From NCBI GenBank assembly GCA_022841665.1, contig JALHRB010000007.1, forward strand, positions 54,196 through 118,195: a stretch of 64,000 bases of DNA, in the 5' to 3' direction. Below, piece after piece: positions 14,157-25,060 of this stretch. Position 1 is the stretch's first letter. Each line of letters starts with the position of its first letter. The notes beneath the pieces are model-generated. The model ran no database searches. It worked only from the letters and a program-made list of their open reading frames with translations, and was not told the DNA's origin. The position numbers were made by a program, and so were the translations under genes. This stretch comes from Pseudolabrys sp. (GTDB lineage Bacteria; Pseudomonadota; Alphaproteobacteria; Rhizobiales; Xanthobacteraceae).

Positions 14157-14186
14157 GAGCAGGGCATCGCGCCCTGCTCTTTTTTT
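14157..14186 (+). terminator. Strong rho-independent terminator
   Basis: Stem gagcagggc / gccctgctc (9 bp) followed by a 7-T run. Lies 200 nt after the copD stop. Confidence 0.7.
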
Positions 14187-14198
14187 GCGCGCGTCAAG

Positions 14199-14471
14199 TT
14201 AGCGCCGCGGCGGGCTCGCGATCGACGCCAGCCACTCGAACGGGATCAGGTCGTTGGTGTAGGCGAGATAGAGCACGCCGAAGATCGCGCTGGCGATCAG
14301 CGTGGTCCACAGCAGCTTCCACCAGACGCGATGGACCGCCGGCGCGCCCGGGTCTGTCCCGGGCGCGACTTCGCCGCTCTCTTCCTGATTGCGCACGCCG
14401 AACGGCAGCACCGCGAACAGCGTCACCCACCAGATCAGAAAATAGACGGCGAAGGCGGTGGCGGTGCTCAT
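14199..14471 (-). CDS. DUF1467-family small membrane protein
   Basis: 90 aa, two TM segments. Lies downstream of methylmalonyl-CoA epimerase, as is common in alphaproteobacteria. Confidence 0.7.
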   Translation of the reverse strand: MSTATAFAVYFLIWWVTLFAVLPFGVRNQEESGEVAPGTDPGAPAVHRVWWKLLWTTLIASAIFGVLYLAYTNDLIPFEWLASIASPPRR

Positions 14472-14490
14472 GGCTTGTCCCGGCGCACGT

Positions 14491-14895
14491 TCACGCCTGC
14501 TCCAGTTCGACCAGCGTGCCGCAGAAATCCTTCGGATGCAGGAACAGCACCGGCTTGCCGTGCGCGCCGATCTTGGGCTCGCCGTCGCCCAACACGCGCG
14601 CGCCCTGCGACTTCAATTTGTCACGCGCGGCCTTGATGTCATCGACCTCGTAGCAGACGTGGTGGATGCCGCCGTCCGGGTTCTTGTCGAGGAACTTGGC
14701 GATGGGCGAACTCTCCCCGAGCGGCTCCAGCAGCTCGATCTTGGTGTTGGGCAGCGTGATGAACACGGTGGACACGCCGTGGTCGGGCTGCGGCACTTTC
14801 GCCGAAACCTCGGCGCCGAGCGTATCGCGGTAGACCGCGCTCGCCTTGGCGATGTCGCGCACGGCGATGGCGACGTGGTTGAGACGGCCGATCAT
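14491..14895 (-). CDS. mce: Methylmalonyl-CoA epimerase (VOC/glyoxalase fold)
   Basis: 134 aa. Contains LNHVAIAV, GGIHHVCYEV and FLHPKD. Confidence 0.9.
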   Translation of the reverse strand: MIGRLNHVAIAVRDIAKASAVYRDTLGAEVSAKVPQPDHGVSTVFITLPNTKIELLEPLGESSPIAKFLDKNPDGGIHHVCYEVDDIKAARDKLKSQGARVLGDGEPKIGAHGKPVLFLHPKDFCGTLVELEQA

Positions 14896-14908
14896 AAACT
14901 TCCCTCTT

Positions 14909-15028
14909 GTCCCGGACGCGGTGCAGCGCGTTAGCGGTGCACCGCAGATCCGGGACCGTCAAGACGTAATCACATTGTACGATCCCGGGTCAGCAGCGCA
15001 GCATTGCATGCCGCGCTGCGCCCGGGAC
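14909..15028. repeat. Two tandem palindromic REP-like units
   Basis: Unit 1 is gtcccggacgcggtgcagcgc..gcaccgcagatccgggac. Unit 2 is atcccgggtcagcagcgcagc..gcgctgcgcccgggac. Both sit in the mce-rnj spacer. Confidence 0.5.
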
Positions 15029-15031
15029 ACG

Positions 15032-16702
15032 TCATACCTCCAACACGTGCACATAGCACATGGGCTTCTTGCCCCAGCGGTCGGCGACCGCGGCGCGCAC
15101 GGCGCGGCGGATGGCTTCCGCGACCGTGTCGGGATCGCGCCGGCGGGCGCGCGGCAGCGATTCCAGCGTCTCCAGGATGGCGTCCTCGACGGCGTCGGCG
15201 ATGAGCTTGCCCTCGCGGTCGCGCTCGGGGATGCCGATCATGTCCATGGAGGGATCGTCCACCATCTCGCCGTTCTCGGTGAGCGCGAGCGCGATCGAGA
15301 TCGCGCCGGCAAAGGCCAGCCGCTTGCGGTCGGCGATGGTGCGCGCCTCCGCGTCGACCAGAAGGCGCCCGTCCTTGTAAATGCGGCCGGCCGGCACCTC
15401 GTCGACGATGCGGGCGTCGGGCCAAAGCCGCACCAGGTCGCCGTTGCGGCACTGGATGACGTCCTTGATGCCGCATTTGCGGCCGAGATCGGCGTGCTCT
15501 TTGAGATGCAGCGCTTCCCCGTGCACCGGGACGAGAATGCGCGGCTTCACCCAGCCGTAAAGTTCCTCCAGCTCGGCGCGACGCGGATGGCCCGACACGT
15601 GCACCAGATGGGTGCGGTCGGTGATGACCTCGATGCCCTGGTCGATCAGCCCGTTGATGACGCGGCCGACCGCCTTCTCGTTGCCGGGAATGGTGCGGGC
15701 CGAATAGATCACGGTGTCGCCGCGCGAGAAGGTCACCTCCGGGTGCTGGTCCTCGGCGATGCGCGCGAGCGCGGCGCGCGGCTCTCCCTGGCTGCCGGTG
15801 CAGAGCGCCACCACCTTGTCGGGCGGCAGATAGCCGTAGGCCTCCTGCGGGCGGAAATCCTGCACGCCGTCGAAATAGCCGAGCTCGCGCGCGATCTGCA
15901 CGGTGCGCTCCATGGCGCGGCCGACCACCACCACCTCGCGGCCGGCGGCGCGCGCCGCCAGCGCGACCGCGCGCAGGCGCGCCACGTTGGAGGCGAAGGT
16001 GGTGACGGCGACGCGGCCACGCGCCTGCTTGATCAGTTCGGTAATCGTCTTGGCGACATCGGCTTCCGAGGGCGAGCGGCCCTCGCGCACGGCATTGGTG
16101 GAATCGCCGATGACGGCAAGGCAGCCCTCTTCGCCGAAGGCGCGCAGCTTCTTCTCGTCGGTCGGATCGTTGAGGATCGGCGTCGGGTCGATCTTCCAGT
16201 CGCCGGTGTGCAGGACGTTGCCGCAGGGCGTGCGGATGATGAGCGCGTTCGCCTCCGGGATCGAGTGGGCCATGGTGACCAGTTCGACATCGAAGGGGCC
16301 GACTTGGAAGCGGCTGCCGAGTTGCACGACGGTGACCGGAATTTCCGGCGCGCCGAACTCGCCGCGGCGCTTGGCGTCGAGCAGCGCGGCGGTGAAGGGC
16401 GTGGCAAAGACCGGCACCTTCAGGCGTGGCCACAGCTCGAGCAGCGCGCCGAAATGGTCCTCATGCGCATGGGTGATGACGATACCGGCGAGGCTGCGCT
16501 TTTCCTCCACCAGATAGCGAATGTCGGGCAGCAGCAGATCGACGCCGGGCAGATGCTCTTCCGTTGCGAAAGAGACGCCGAGATCGACGGCCAGCCACTG
16601 CCGGCGGCCTTCCGGGCCGAGGCCGTAGATCGACAGGTTCATGCCGATCTCGCCGACGCCGCCGAGCGGCGCGAACACCAGTTCCTGCGCACCCTTGGCC
16701 AT
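15032..16702 (-). CDS. rnj: Ribonuclease J
   Basis: 556 aa. Metallo-beta-lactamase motif THAHEDHFG plus beta-CASP and a C-terminal domain. Confidence 0.9.
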   Translation of the reverse strand: MAKGAQELVFAPLGGVGEIGMNLSIYGLGPEGRRQWLAVDLGVSFATEEHLPGVDLLLPDIRYLVEEKRSLAGIVITHAHEDHFGALLELWPRLKVPVFATPFTAALLDAKRRGEFGAPEIPVTVVQLGSRFQVGPFDVELVTMAHSIPEANALIIRTPCGNVLHTGDWKIDPTPILNDPTDEKKLRAFGEEGCLAVIGDSTNAVREGRSPSEADVAKTITELIKQARGRVAVTTFASNVARLRAVALAARAAGREVVVVGRAMERTVQIARELGYFDGVQDFRPQEAYGYLPPDKVVALCTGSQGEPRAALARIAEDQHPEVTFSRGDTVIYSARTIPGNEKAVGRVINGLIDQGIEVITDRTHLVHVSGHPRRAELEELYGWVKPRILVPVHGEALHLKEHADLGRKCGIKDVIQCRNGDLVRLWPDARIVDEVPAGRIYKDGRLLVDAEARTIADRKRLAFAGAISIALALTENGEMVDDPSMDMIGIPERDREGKLIADAVEDAILETLESLPRARRRDPDTVAEAIRRAVRAAVADRWGKKPMCYVHVLEV

Positions 16703-17454
16703 CAGTTGCCCAATCCAAAAACTTCGCCGGCGGTGACCGGCATAACACCAGCGGGACCGGCGACCAGCAGGCGGCCGGCCTCATCGAGACCCTCGAAGCG
16801 GCCGGAGAATTCGCGCTCCGGCAGGCGCACTTTGATCTCTTCGCCCAGGCCGGCGGCGCGCTTGAGCCAGTCGACGCGGATGGAGCTAAAGGCCTCCCCA
16901 CCCCGCCATTGCGCGAGCCGCCTCTGCATGGCGTCCGCGAGCGCAGCAAGCATCGCCTCCGGCGTCACCAGCGCCCCGGCGGCAGCCAGATCGGTGGCCG
17001 GAAACGGCGTGTCGGAGGGGTGCGCGGCGCAATTGACGCCGATGCCGACCGCAACGACGAAGGCCGGCTCGTTCTCGCCCTCGATCAGGATGCCGGCGAG
17101 CTTGCGGCCGCCGAGCAGAAGGTCGTTCGGCCATTTCAGCTTGAGCGCCGGCCCAAGTTGCGGCGCGCAGGCGGCGACCGCATCGTGGACGGCCAGCCCG
17201 GCGACGAACGAGAGCTGCGCGGCGCTTGCCGGCGGCGACGGCTCGGTGAGCAGCAAGGTGGCGAAGAGATTGCCCGGCGCCGAGACCCAGGCGCTGCCGC
17301 GGCGGCCGCGCCCGGCGCTCTGCGTGCGCGCCGTGATCCACAACGGCCCGCGCTCGCCGGCGCGTGCAAGCGCCAGCGCCTCGGCATTGGTCGAGCCGAG
17401 CGTGCCGTAGGCTATGTGCCGGACCCCCGCCAGGTCCGTGGCTTCGCGGTTCAT
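16702..17454 (-). CDS. birA: Biotin--[acetyl-CoA-carboxylase] ligase
   Basis: GRGRRGSAW motif and KWPNDLLL. Start trimmed to MNREATDL. The stop abuts the rnj start. Confidence 0.85.
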   Translation of the reverse strand: MNREATDLAGVRHIAYGTLGSTNAEALALARAGERGPLWITARTQSAGRGRRGSAWVSAPGNLFATLLLTEPSPPASAAQLSFVAGLAVHDAVAACAPQLGPALKLKWPNDLLLGGRKLAGILIEGENEPAFVVAVGIGVNCAAHPSDTPFPATDLAAAGALVTPEAMLAALADAMQRRLAQWRGGEAFSSIRVDWLKRAAGLGEEIKVRLPEREFSGRFEGLDEAGRLLVAGPAGVMPVTAGEVFGLGN

Positions 17455-17530
17455 CTCATTTTCAGCGCGTGATCTTATCCGAAAACCGGTACCCACTTTT
17501 CGGGATCACGCGCTCGTGGCGCCCTGCGCC

Positions 17531-18970
17531 TCAGAAGAGCGACTTCGCCGCAACCGTCGCCGCACCCAGAAGCGGCGCCGGATAGGCGAAGAACAAAAGA
17601 TTGATCACGCCGGATATGCCCAGCACCAGCCGCAGCAGCCCGGGCATGCGCTCGAAGGCGCGCGCGGGCTCGTCGAAATACATGATCTTGATGATCATCA
17701 GGTAGTAGTAGGCGCCCACGACGCTGGCGAGCACGCCGATGACCGCGAGCATGTAGAGCCCGGCCTGCACGGCGGCGAGGAAGACATAGAACTTGGCGAA
17801 GAAGCCCGCGAGCGGCGGGATGCCGGCGAGCGAGAACAACAGCATCGCCAGGAAGAAGGCCATGGCCGGATGCGTGCGCGACAGGCCGGCGAGATCGGAA
17901 ATGTTCTCGACCAGCACGCCGTCGCGTCGCATCGACAGGATCACCGCGAAAGTGCCGAGCGTCATGGCGACGTAGATCGCCATATAGACCAGCACGCCCT
18001 GCACGCCGTCGGCGGTGCCGGCGGCGAGCCCGACCAGCGCAAAGCCCATGTGGCCGATCGAGGAATAGGCCATCAGCCGCTTGATGTTCTTCTGGCCGAT
18101 GGCGGCGAAGGAGCCGAGCACCATCGAGGCGATGGAGACGAACACCACGATCTGCTGCCATTCGTGCGTGATACCGGGGAAGGCCACGATGGTCGCGCGC
18201 ACGAAGATGGCGATGGCCGCGACCTTGGGCGCGGCGGCGAAGAAGGCGGTGACCGGCGTCGGCGAGCCCTCGTAGACGTCGGGCGTCCACATGTGGAACG
18301 GCACCGCCGAGATCTTGAAACAGAAGCCGACGAACAGAAAGACGAGGCCGAACACAAGGCCGATGTTGGCGCCGGACGCGGTCGCCTTGGCGATGCCGGT
18401 GAAGCTCACGGTGCCGGTGAAGCCGTAGATCAGGGAGGCGCCGTAAAGCAGCATGCCCGACGACAGCGCGCCGAGGACGAAATATTTCAGGCCGGCCTCG
18501 GTCGATTTCACCTGGTCGCGGTTGGACGCCGCCAGCACGTAGAGCGCGAGGCTCATCAGTTCGAGGCCGAGATAAAGCGCGATCAGGTCGCCGGCCGAGA
18601 TCAGCATCAGCATGCCGAGCGTCGAGAGCAGGAACAGCGCGCCGTATTCGAATTTCTGCTGCTTCTCGGCGTTGAGATAGTCGAGCGACAGCACCAGCGC
18701 GCCGGCCGAGCCGATCAAGGTCAGGAACTTGAGGAAGCGGGCGTAGTCGTCGACCACGAAACTCCCGCCGAACAGCACATATTTGCCGGCCGGCAGCGAA
18801 AGCAAAAAGCCGGCGACAACCACCAGGATGACGATCGACCAGCCGTTGACGACATTGGCGCTGCGCTCGCCCGAGAAGGCGCCGACCATGAGCATCAGCA
18901 TGGCGCCCCCGCCGAGCAGCAGCTCGGGCAGCAGGGGCAACAGGTCGCGGGCGGTAAGCATTTCGTTCAT
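17531..18970 (-). CDS. nuoN: NADH-quinone oxidoreductase subunit N
   Basis: Track ORF 17531..20377 runs through nuoM in another frame. The true start [12 protein letters not shown] at 18970 forms an ATGA overlap with the nuoM stop. 479 aa, polytopic. Confidence 0.95.
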   Translation of the reverse strand: MNEMLTARDLLPLLPELLLGGGAMLMLMVGAFSGERSANVVNGWSIVILVVVAGFLLSLPAGKYVLFGGSFVVDDYARFLKFLTLIGSAGALVLSLDYLNAEKQQKFEYGALFLLSTLGMLMLISAGDLIALYLGLELMSLALYVLAASNRDQVKSTEAGLKYFVLGALSSGMLLYGASLIYGFTGTVSFTGIAKATASGANIGLVFGLVFLFVGFCFKISAVPFHMWTPDVYEGSPTPVTAFFAAAPKVAAIAIFVRATIVAFPGITHEWQQIVVFVSIASMVLGSFAAIGQKNIKRLMAYSSIGHMGFALVGLAAGTADGVQGVLVYMAIYVAMTLGTFAVILSMRRDGVLVENISDLAGLSRTHPAMAFFLAMLLFSLAGIPPLAGFFAKFYVFLAAVQAGLYMLAVIGVLASVVGAYYYLMIIKIMYFDEPARAFERMPGLLRLVLGISGVINLLFFAYPAPLLGAATVAAKSLF

Positions 18971-20493
18971 CGCACCGAACCCGCTGCTTTGGCCGCGGCT
19001 GCCGCCTGCGCGGTCTTGGTGCCGGCGATCGCCTTGTTGTACCCCTCGAGCAGTTGCGCGACCGAGGCCGACGACATGTCGAGCACCGGCTTGGGCGCCA
19101 CGCCGAACAGGATGGTGAGCACGACCAACGGGGCAAAGATCACCCCTTCCCGCCAGCCGATGTCGCGGATGCCTGCGAGTTCCGGCTTGAGCGTGCCGAA
19201 GACCATCTTGCGGTAGAGCCAGAGCGCGTAGCAGGCCGACAAAATGACGCCGAGCGTGGCGAGCGCGGCCACCGCGATGTTGGCCTTGAAGGTGCCGATC
19301 AGCGCCAGGAACTCGCCGACGAAGCCCGACGTGCCCGGCAGGCCGACATTGGCCATGGTGAAGAGCATGAACACGAAGGCGTAGATCGGCATGCGGTTGA
19401 CCAGGCCGCCATAGGCGGCGATCTCGCGCGTGTGCATGCGGTCGTAGACGACGCCGACGCAGAGGAACAGCGCGCCGGAGACGATGCCGTGCGAGATCAT
19501 CTGGAAGATGCCGCCGGCCACCCCCTGCGTGGTGGCGGCGAAGATGCCCATGGTGACAAAGCCCATGTGGGCGACCGAGGAATAGGCGATCAGCTTCTTC
19601 ACGTCCTCCTGCATCAGCGCCACCAGCGAGGTGTAGATGATGGCGACGACGGAGAGCGTGAAGATCAGCGGCGCGAAGTCGTGGCTCGCCATCGGGAACA
19701 TCGGCAGCGAGAAACGCAGGAAGCCGTAGCCGCCCATCTTCAAAAGGATGGCGGCCAGGATGACGGAGCCCGCGGTCGGCGCCTCGACATGCGCGTCGGG
19801 CAGCCAGGTGTGCACCGGCCACATCGGCATCTTGACGGCGAAGGACGCAAAGAAGGCGAGCCACGCCCATTTCTGCATCTCGACCGGAAAGCCGTGCCGC
19901 AGCAGCGTCGGGATGTCGGTCGTTCCCGCCTGCCAGTACATCGCCATGATGGCGAGCAGCATCAGCACCGAGCCGGCCAGCGTGTAGAGGAAAAACTTGA
20001 ACGAGGCGTAGACGCGGCGCGGGCCGCCCCAGACGCCGATGATCAGGAACATCGGGATCAGGCCGCCCTCGAAGAACAGATAGAACAGCACCAGGTCGAG
20101 CGCCGAGAAGGTGCCGACCATGAGCGTTTCCAAAACGAGAAACGCGATCATGTATTCCTTCACGCGCTTCTGGATCGACGTCCAGCTCGCCAGGATGCAG
20201 AGCGGCATCAGCGCGGTGGTGAGGATCACGAAGGGCAGCGAAATGCCGTCGACGCCCATGTGGTAGGAGGCGACGCCGAGCCAGTTGTGCTTCTCGACGA
20301 ACTGGAATTCGGCCGAGGACGCGTCGAAGCGCCAGACCAGCACCAGCGAAATGGCAAAGGTGACCAGCGTCGACCACAGCGCCACCCAGCGCGCGGTGCC
20401 CTTGGCGAGAGCGTCATTGCCGCGCACCAGCGCGATGAACAGCGCGCCCAGGATCGGCAGGAAGGTGACGACGGAGAGGATCGGCCAGGCCAT
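18967..20493 (-). CDS. nuoM: NADH-quinone oxidoreductase subunit M
   Basis: 508-aa antiporter-like subunit, in operon order. Confidence 0.96.
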   Translation of the reverse strand: MAWPILSVVTFLPILGALFIALVRGNDALAKGTARWVALWSTLVTFAISLVLVWRFDASSAEFQFVEKHNWLGVASYHMGVDGISLPFVILTTALMPLCILASWTSIQKRVKEYMIAFLVLETLMVGTFSALDLVLFYLFFEGGLIPMFLIIGVWGGPRRVYASFKFFLYTLAGSVLMLLAIMAMYWQAGTTDIPTLLRHGFPVEMQKWAWLAFFASFAVKMPMWPVHTWLPDAHVEAPTAGSVILAAILLKMGGYGFLRFSLPMFPMASHDFAPLIFTLSVVAIIYTSLVALMQEDVKKLIAYSSVAHMGFVTMGIFAATTQGVAGGIFQMISHGIVSGALFLCVGVVYDRMHTREIAAYGGLVNRMPIYAFVFMLFTMANVGLPGTSGFVGEFLALIGTFKANIAVAALATLGVILSACYALWLYRKMVFGTLKPELAGIRDIGWREGVIFAPLVVLTILFGVAPKPVLDMSSASVAQLLEGYNKAIAGTKTAQAAAAAKAAGSVR

Positions 20494-20494
20494 C

Positions 20495-22591
20495 TTATTT
20501 CACCGCGAACATGAACCAGGTGATGAACACGGCCGCGCCGATCAGCATGGCGAAGGCGTAGTGATAGAGGTAGCCGGTCTGCAGGCGCACCACATTTCGG
20601 GTGACGTCCAGCACGCGGGCGGAGACGCCGTCCGGCCCGAAGCCGTCGATCAGCCAGCCGTCGCCGCCTTTCCAGAGCGCGCGGCCGATCCACTTCGCCG
20701 GGCGCACGAAGATGACGTCGTAGAGCTCGTCGAAGTACCACTTGTTGAGCAGGAAGCGGTACAGGAAGTCGTGCTGGCGCGCGAGTTCGACCGGGATGTC
20801 CGGCCGGCGGATGTAGAAGTGCCAGGCGATCACGAAGCCGAGCGCCATCATCACCGTCGGCAGGACGGCGATGTGCAGCGGCACGTGGTGGATGTTCTCC
20901 AGCACCTGGTTGGTCTTGGCGAAGCCGAGCGACTCCCGGAAGAAGTGCTCGACGCCGTGACCGGCGAACACTTCCTTGAACGGGAAGCCGGCCGCGATCG
21001 AGCCGAGCGCGAGGAAGCCGAGCGGGATCAGCATCACCATCGGACTCTCATGCGCCTCGCGCCAGTGCTTGCGGTCGTGCGGCTCGCCGTGGAAGGTCTT
21101 GAACACCAGGCGCCAGGAGTAGAACGAGGTCAGCAGCGCGGCGGTGACCGTGCAGATGAAGGCGTAGAGCGCCATCGGATTGGCGCCGACATAGGCCGCC
21201 TCGATGATGGCGTCCTTGGAGAAATAGCCGGCGGTGAGCGGGAAGCCGGTGAGCGCCAAGGTGCCGACGATCATCACCCCGTAAGTGAACGGGATGCGGT
21301 CCTTGAGGCCGCCCATGTTTCGTATGTCCTGCTCGTGATGCATGGCGTGGATCACCGAGCCGGAGCCGAGGAACAAAAGCGCCTTGAAGAAGGCGTGCGT
21401 GAACAGGTGGAACATGCCGATCGAATAGGCCCCCACCCCCATCGCCACGAACATGTAGCCGAGCTGCGAGCAGGTCGAATAGGCGACGATGCGCTTGATG
21501 TCGTTCTGCACCAGGCCGATGGTGGCGGCGAACAGCGCGGTGGTGGCGCCGATGAAGGTGACGACCATCTGCGCGTTGGGCGCGAGCTCGAACAAAGGCG
21601 ACAGCCGCGCCACCATGAACACGCCGGCGGTCACCATGGTGGCGGCGTGGATCAGCGCCGAGACCGGCGTCGGCCCTTCCATGGCGTCCGGCAGCCAGGT
21701 GTGCAGCAGGAACTGCGCCGACTTGCCCATGGCGCCCATGAACAGCAGCAGGCAGATGAGCGTGAGCGCGTCGGCGTGCCAGCCGAAGAAATTGATGGTC
21801 TTGCCGGTGAGCGCGGGCGCGTTGGCGAAGACGGCGTCGAAGTCGACCGCGCCGGTGAGATGGAACACGGCGAAGATGCCGAGCGCGAAGCCGAAGTCGC
21901 CGACGCGGTTGACGACGAAGGCCTTGATGGCGGCCGCGTTCGCCTCCGGCTTGTGGTACCAGAAGCCGATCAGCAGGTAGCTCGCCAGGCCCACGCCTTC
22001 CCAGCCGAAGAACATCTGCACCAGGTTGTCGGCCGTCACCAGCATCAGCATGGCGAAGGTGAACAGCGACAGGTAGCCGAAGAAGCGCGGCCGGTACGGA
22101 TCCTCGGCCATGTAGCCGATCGAGTAGAGGTGCACGAAGGCGGACACGGTGTTCACCACCACCAGCATCACGGCGGTGAGCGTATCGATGCGCAGCGCCC
22201 AGTCGACCTTGAGGTCGCCCGACAGCATCCAGGTGAAGATCGGCACGCGCACGGTCTGGCCGCCGAAGCCGACCTGCACGAAGGCGATCCAGGACAGGAT
22301 CATGGAGACGAACAGCAGCGTGGTGGTGATCAGCTCGGCCGTGCGCGAGCCGGCGGCGGCCGGTTCCGCGGCATGGCCGTGGCCGTGGCCGTCGCCTTCG
22401 TGGGCGGCATGATGAATGACGCCGCCACCCTCGACCGCCGGCGCGTGATGATGCGCATGCGCGTCGGTCGCCGCGTCCTCCACGCCCGGCGGCGGCCCCT
22501 CGCCCGGAAAACGCGCGCGCGCGCCGACGAGCGCGATCAGGCCGGCGAGGATCGCCCCGAGGAGCGGCAGGAAGACGATGGCCTGATACAT
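20495..22591 (-). CDS. nuoL: NADH-quinone oxidoreductase subunit L
   Basis: 698-aa antiporter-like subunit with a C-terminal lateral helix region. Carries a His/Gly-rich insert after TM1. Confidence 0.96.
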   Translation of the reverse strand: MYQAIVFLPLLGAILAGLIALVGARARFPGEGPPPGVEDAATDAHAHHHAPAVEGGGVIHHAAHEGDGHGHGHAAEPAAAGSRTAELITTTLLFVSMILSWIAFVQVGFGGQTVRVPIFTWMLSGDLKVDWALRIDTLTAVMLVVVNTVSAFVHLYSIGYMAEDPYRPRFFGYLSLFTFAMLMLVTADNLVQMFFGWEGVGLASYLLIGFWYHKPEANAAAIKAFVVNRVGDFGFALGIFAVFHLTGAVDFDAVFANAPALTGKTINFFGWHADALTLICLLLFMGAMGKSAQFLLHTWLPDAMEGPTPVSALIHAATMVTAGVFMVARLSPLFELAPNAQMVVTFIGATTALFAATIGLVQNDIKRIVAYSTCSQLGYMFVAMGVGAYSIGMFHLFTHAFFKALLFLGSGSVIHAMHHEQDIRNMGGLKDRIPFTYGVMIVGTLALTGFPLTAGYFSKDAIIEAAYVGANPMALYAFICTVTAALLTSFYSWRLVFKTFHGEPHDRKHWREAHESPMVMLIPLGFLALGSIAAGFPFKEVFAGHGVEHFFRESLGFAKTNQVLENIHHVPLHIAVLPTVMMALGFVIAWHFYIRRPDIPVELARQHDFLYRFLLNKWYFDELYDVIFVRPAKWIGRALWKGGDGWLIDGFGPDGVSARVLDVTRNVVRLQTGYLYHYAFAMLIGAAVFITWFMFAVK

Positions 22592-22598
22592 AAAGAGG

Positions 22599-22907
22599 TC
22601 AGCCCTTCATCAGATTGATGTCATCGACCGCGATGGAGCCGCGGTTGCGGAAGAACACGACGAGAATGGCAAGGCCGATGGCGGCTTCCGCCGCCGCCAC
22701 CGTCAGCACGAACAGCGCAAAGACCTGGCCGACCAGGTCGCCCATGTGGGTCGAGAAGGCCACGAGGTTGATGTTGACCGCGAGCAGGATCAGCTCGATC
22801 GACATCAGGATAATGATGACGTTCTTGCGGTTCAAAAAGATGCCGAATATCCCGAGCGTGAACAGGATGGCGGCGACGCTGAGGTAATGGCCGAGCCCGA
22901 CGGTCAT
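22599..22907 (-). CDS. nuoK: NADH-quinone oxidoreductase subunit K
   Basis: 102 aa, 3 TM, in operon order. Confidence 0.96.
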   Translation of the reverse strand: MTVGLGHYLSVAAILFTLGIFGIFLNRKNVIIILMSIELILLAVNINLVAFSTHMGDLVGQVFALFVLTVAAAEAAIGLAILVVFFRNRGSIAVDDINLMKG

Positions 22908-23521
22908 AGGTTGCTCCCCAGCCCCTGGCCCGTGCGCACCTTGACCACCTCGATCGACATGGCCGGCGTGCGCGCGTTCTGCGTCGGGATGTCCTGGCGC
23001 TTGACGCGCTCCTTGTGGCGCAGCGTGAGCACGATGGCGCCGACCATGGCGACCAAAAGGATCAGGCCGGCGGCCTGGAAGAAATAGACGTAGCGGGTGT
23101 AGAGCACGAGGCCGAGCGCCTCGGTGTTCGGCATGTTGGTCGGGATCGGCGCGGTGATGGCCGCGGTCACGCTCGGGACGATGGCCCAGGTGCCGACCAC
23201 CAGCACCAGTTCGGCGAGAAAGATGCCGCCGATCAAGAGGCCGATGGGCAGGTATTGCAGCACGCCCTGCTTGAGCGATGCGAAGTCGACGTCGAGCATC
23301 ATCACCACGAACAGGAACAGCACGGCGACGGCGCCGACATAGACCACGATCAGGATCATGGCGAGGAACTCCGCGCCCATCATCACGAAGAGCCCGGAGG
23401 CGTTGACGAAGGCGAGGATGAGATAGAGCACCGAATGCACGGGATTGCGCGCCGCGATCACCATGAAGGCGCTCGCGACGCAGATGCCGGCAAAGAGGTA
23501 GAAGAACAGCGCGGCGATCAT
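22904..23521 (-). CDS. nuoJ: NADH-quinone oxidoreductase subunit J
   Basis: 205 aa membrane subunit. Overlaps nuoK by 4 nt. Confidence 0.95.
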   Translation of the reverse strand: MIAALFFYLFAGICVASAFMVIAARNPVHSVLYLILAFVNASGLFVMMGAEFLAMILIVVYVGAVAVLFLFVVMMLDVDFASLKQGVLQYLPIGLLIGGIFLAELVLVVGTWAIVPSVTAAITAPIPTNMPNTEALGLVLYTRYVYFFQAAGLILLVAMVGAIVLTLRHKERVKRQDIPTQNARTPAMSIEVVKVRTGQGLGSNL

Positions 23522-23527
23522 TTCATC

Positions 23528-24016
23528 TCACCTGTACGGCGCGTCGAGCGCGAGGTTCTTCGCGATCTCGCGTTCCCAGCGGTCGCCGTTCGCGAGCAGC
23601 CGCTCCTTGTCGTAGTAGAGCTCCTCGCGCGTCTCGGTGGCGAATTCGAAGTTCGGGCCCTCGACGATGGCGTCGACCGGGCAGGCCTCCTGGCACAGCC
23701 CGCAATAGATGCACTTCACCATGTCGATGTCGTAGCGCGTGGTGCGGCGCGTGCCGTCGTTGCGGCGCGGGCCGGCCTCGATGGTGATGGCCTGCGCCGG
23801 GCAGATCGCCTCGCACAGCTTGCAGGCGATGCAGCGCTCCTCGCCGTTCGGATAACGGCGCAGCGCGTGCTCGCCGCGGAAGCGCGGCGAGATCGGGTTC
23901 TTCTCGAACGGGTAATTGAGCGTGGCCTTCGGCTTGAAGAAATAGCGCATGGCCAGCACGAAGCCGGTCACGAACTCCCACAGGAACCAGGCCTTGGCGG
24001 TGCGGTCGAGTGTCAT
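23528..24016 (-). CDS. nuoI: NADH-quinone oxidoreductase subunit I
   Basis: Two 4Fe-4S ferredoxin motifs: [12 protein letters not shown] and [12 protein letters not shown]. Confidence 0.97.
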   Translation of the reverse strand: MTLDRTAKAWFLWEFVTGFVLAMRYFFKPKATLNYPFEKNPISPRFRGEHALRRYPNGEERCIACKLCEAICPAQAITIEAGPRRNDGTRRTTRYDIDMVKCIYCGLCQEACPVDAIVEGPNFEFATETREELYYDKERLLANGDRWEREIAKNLALDAPYR

Positions 24017-24023
24017 ATCGTCC

Positions 24024-25055
24024 TCACTTCACCGCGCCGGCGGCAAGCCCGCCGTACTGGATGACGCCGGCGACGATCGCCACCATGGCGAGCGACAGCG
24101 GCAGGAACACCTTCCAGCCGATCCGCATCAGCTGGTCGTAGCGATAGCGCGGCACCATGGCCTTGGCCATGGCGAACAGGAAGAACATGAACAACGCCTT
24201 GAGCGTGAACCAGATGACGCCCGGCACCCAGGTGAACGGCGCATAGGGGATCGGGGACAACCAGCCGCCCAGGAACAGGATCGTGCTCAGGGCACACATG
24301 GTGCCGATCGCCACGTATTCGCCGAGCATGAACATCATATAGGGCGTGGAGCCGTATTCGACCATGAAGCCGGCGACCAGTTCCGACTCCGCCTCGACCA
24401 GGTCGAAGGGCGGGCGGTTGGTCTCGGCTAAAGCCGAGATGAAGAACACCACGAACATCGGGAACAGTGGCAGCCAGTACCAGGAGAACAGGCCGTAGGG
24501 TCCGTCCTGCGCTTCCACGATCTTCGACAGGTTGAGCGAGCCGGCGCACAGCAAGACGGTGATGATGACGAAGCCGATGGAGACTTCGTAGGACACCATT
24601 TGCGCGGCCGAGCGCAGCGCCGCGAGGAACGGGTATTTCGAGTTCGACGCCCAGCCCGCCATGATCACGCCGTAGACCATCAGCGACGAGATCGCGAAGA
24701 TGTAGAGCACGCCGACATTGATGTTGGCGATCACCCAGCCGGCATTGACCGGCATCACCGCCCAGGCGGCGAGCGCCAGCACGCAGGTGACGAGCGGCGC
24801 CAGCAGGAACACGCCCTTGTTGGCGCCGGCCGGGATCACCGGCTCCTTGAGCACGAACTTCAACAGGTCGGCGAAGGACTGGAACAGGCCCCAGGGCCCG
24901 ACCACGTTGGGACCGCGCCGCAGCTGCACCGCGGCCCAGATCTTGCGATCCGCATACAGGATGTACGCGATCGCCACGAGCAGCACGACCAGCAGCAGCA
25001 CGGACTGCGCCACGATCACGATCACCGGCCAGAGATAGGTCCAGAAGAAATCCAT
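24024..25055 (-). CDS. nuoH: NADH-quinone oxidoreductase subunit H
   Basis: Trimmed to [11 protein letters not shown]. Polytopic ND1 homologue. Confidence 0.95.
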   Translation of the reverse strand: MDFFWTYLWPVIVIVAQSVLLLVVLLVAIAYILYADRKIWAAVQLRRGPNVVGPWGLFQSFADLLKFVLKEPVIPAGANKGVFLLAPLVTCVLALAAWAVMPVNAGWVIANINVGVLYIFAISSLMVYGVIMAGWASNSKYPFLAALRSAAQMVSYEVSIGFVIITVLLCAGSLNLSKIVEAQDGPYGLFSWYWLPLFPMFVVFFISALAETNRPPFDLVEAESELVAGFMVEYGSTPYMMFMLGEYVAIGTMCALSTILFLGGWLSPIPYAPFTWVPGVIWFTLKALFMFFLFAMAKAMVPRYRYDQLMRIGWKVFLPLSLAMVAIVAGVIQYGGLAAGAVK

Positions 25056-25060
25056 GGTCC

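Noticed and set aside
13957-14186. Tried to assign the structured region after copD to SRP (4.5S) RNA, tmRNA, RNase P RNA, 6S RNA or a known riboswitch.
   Set aside because: Hallmark motifs are absent: the SRP GGAA tetraloop region, the tmRNA acceptor end, the RNase P GAGGAAAGUCC motif and the B12 box. It is kept only as an unnamed candidate 3' UTR or sRNA.
17531-20377. 948-aa ORF suggesting a giant fused NuoN. Comparable N-terminal over-extensions occur in the proS (to 11826), tig (to 49890), rpsB (to 3079), nuoG (to 27340), nuoE (to 30282) and nuoA (to 33290) track ORFs.
   Set aside because: The upstream portions are out-of-frame read-through of neighbouring genes, a tRNA or spacers. Canonical N-termini with ATG and either an RBS or an ATGA overlap are found internally, and the trimmed lengths match family norms.
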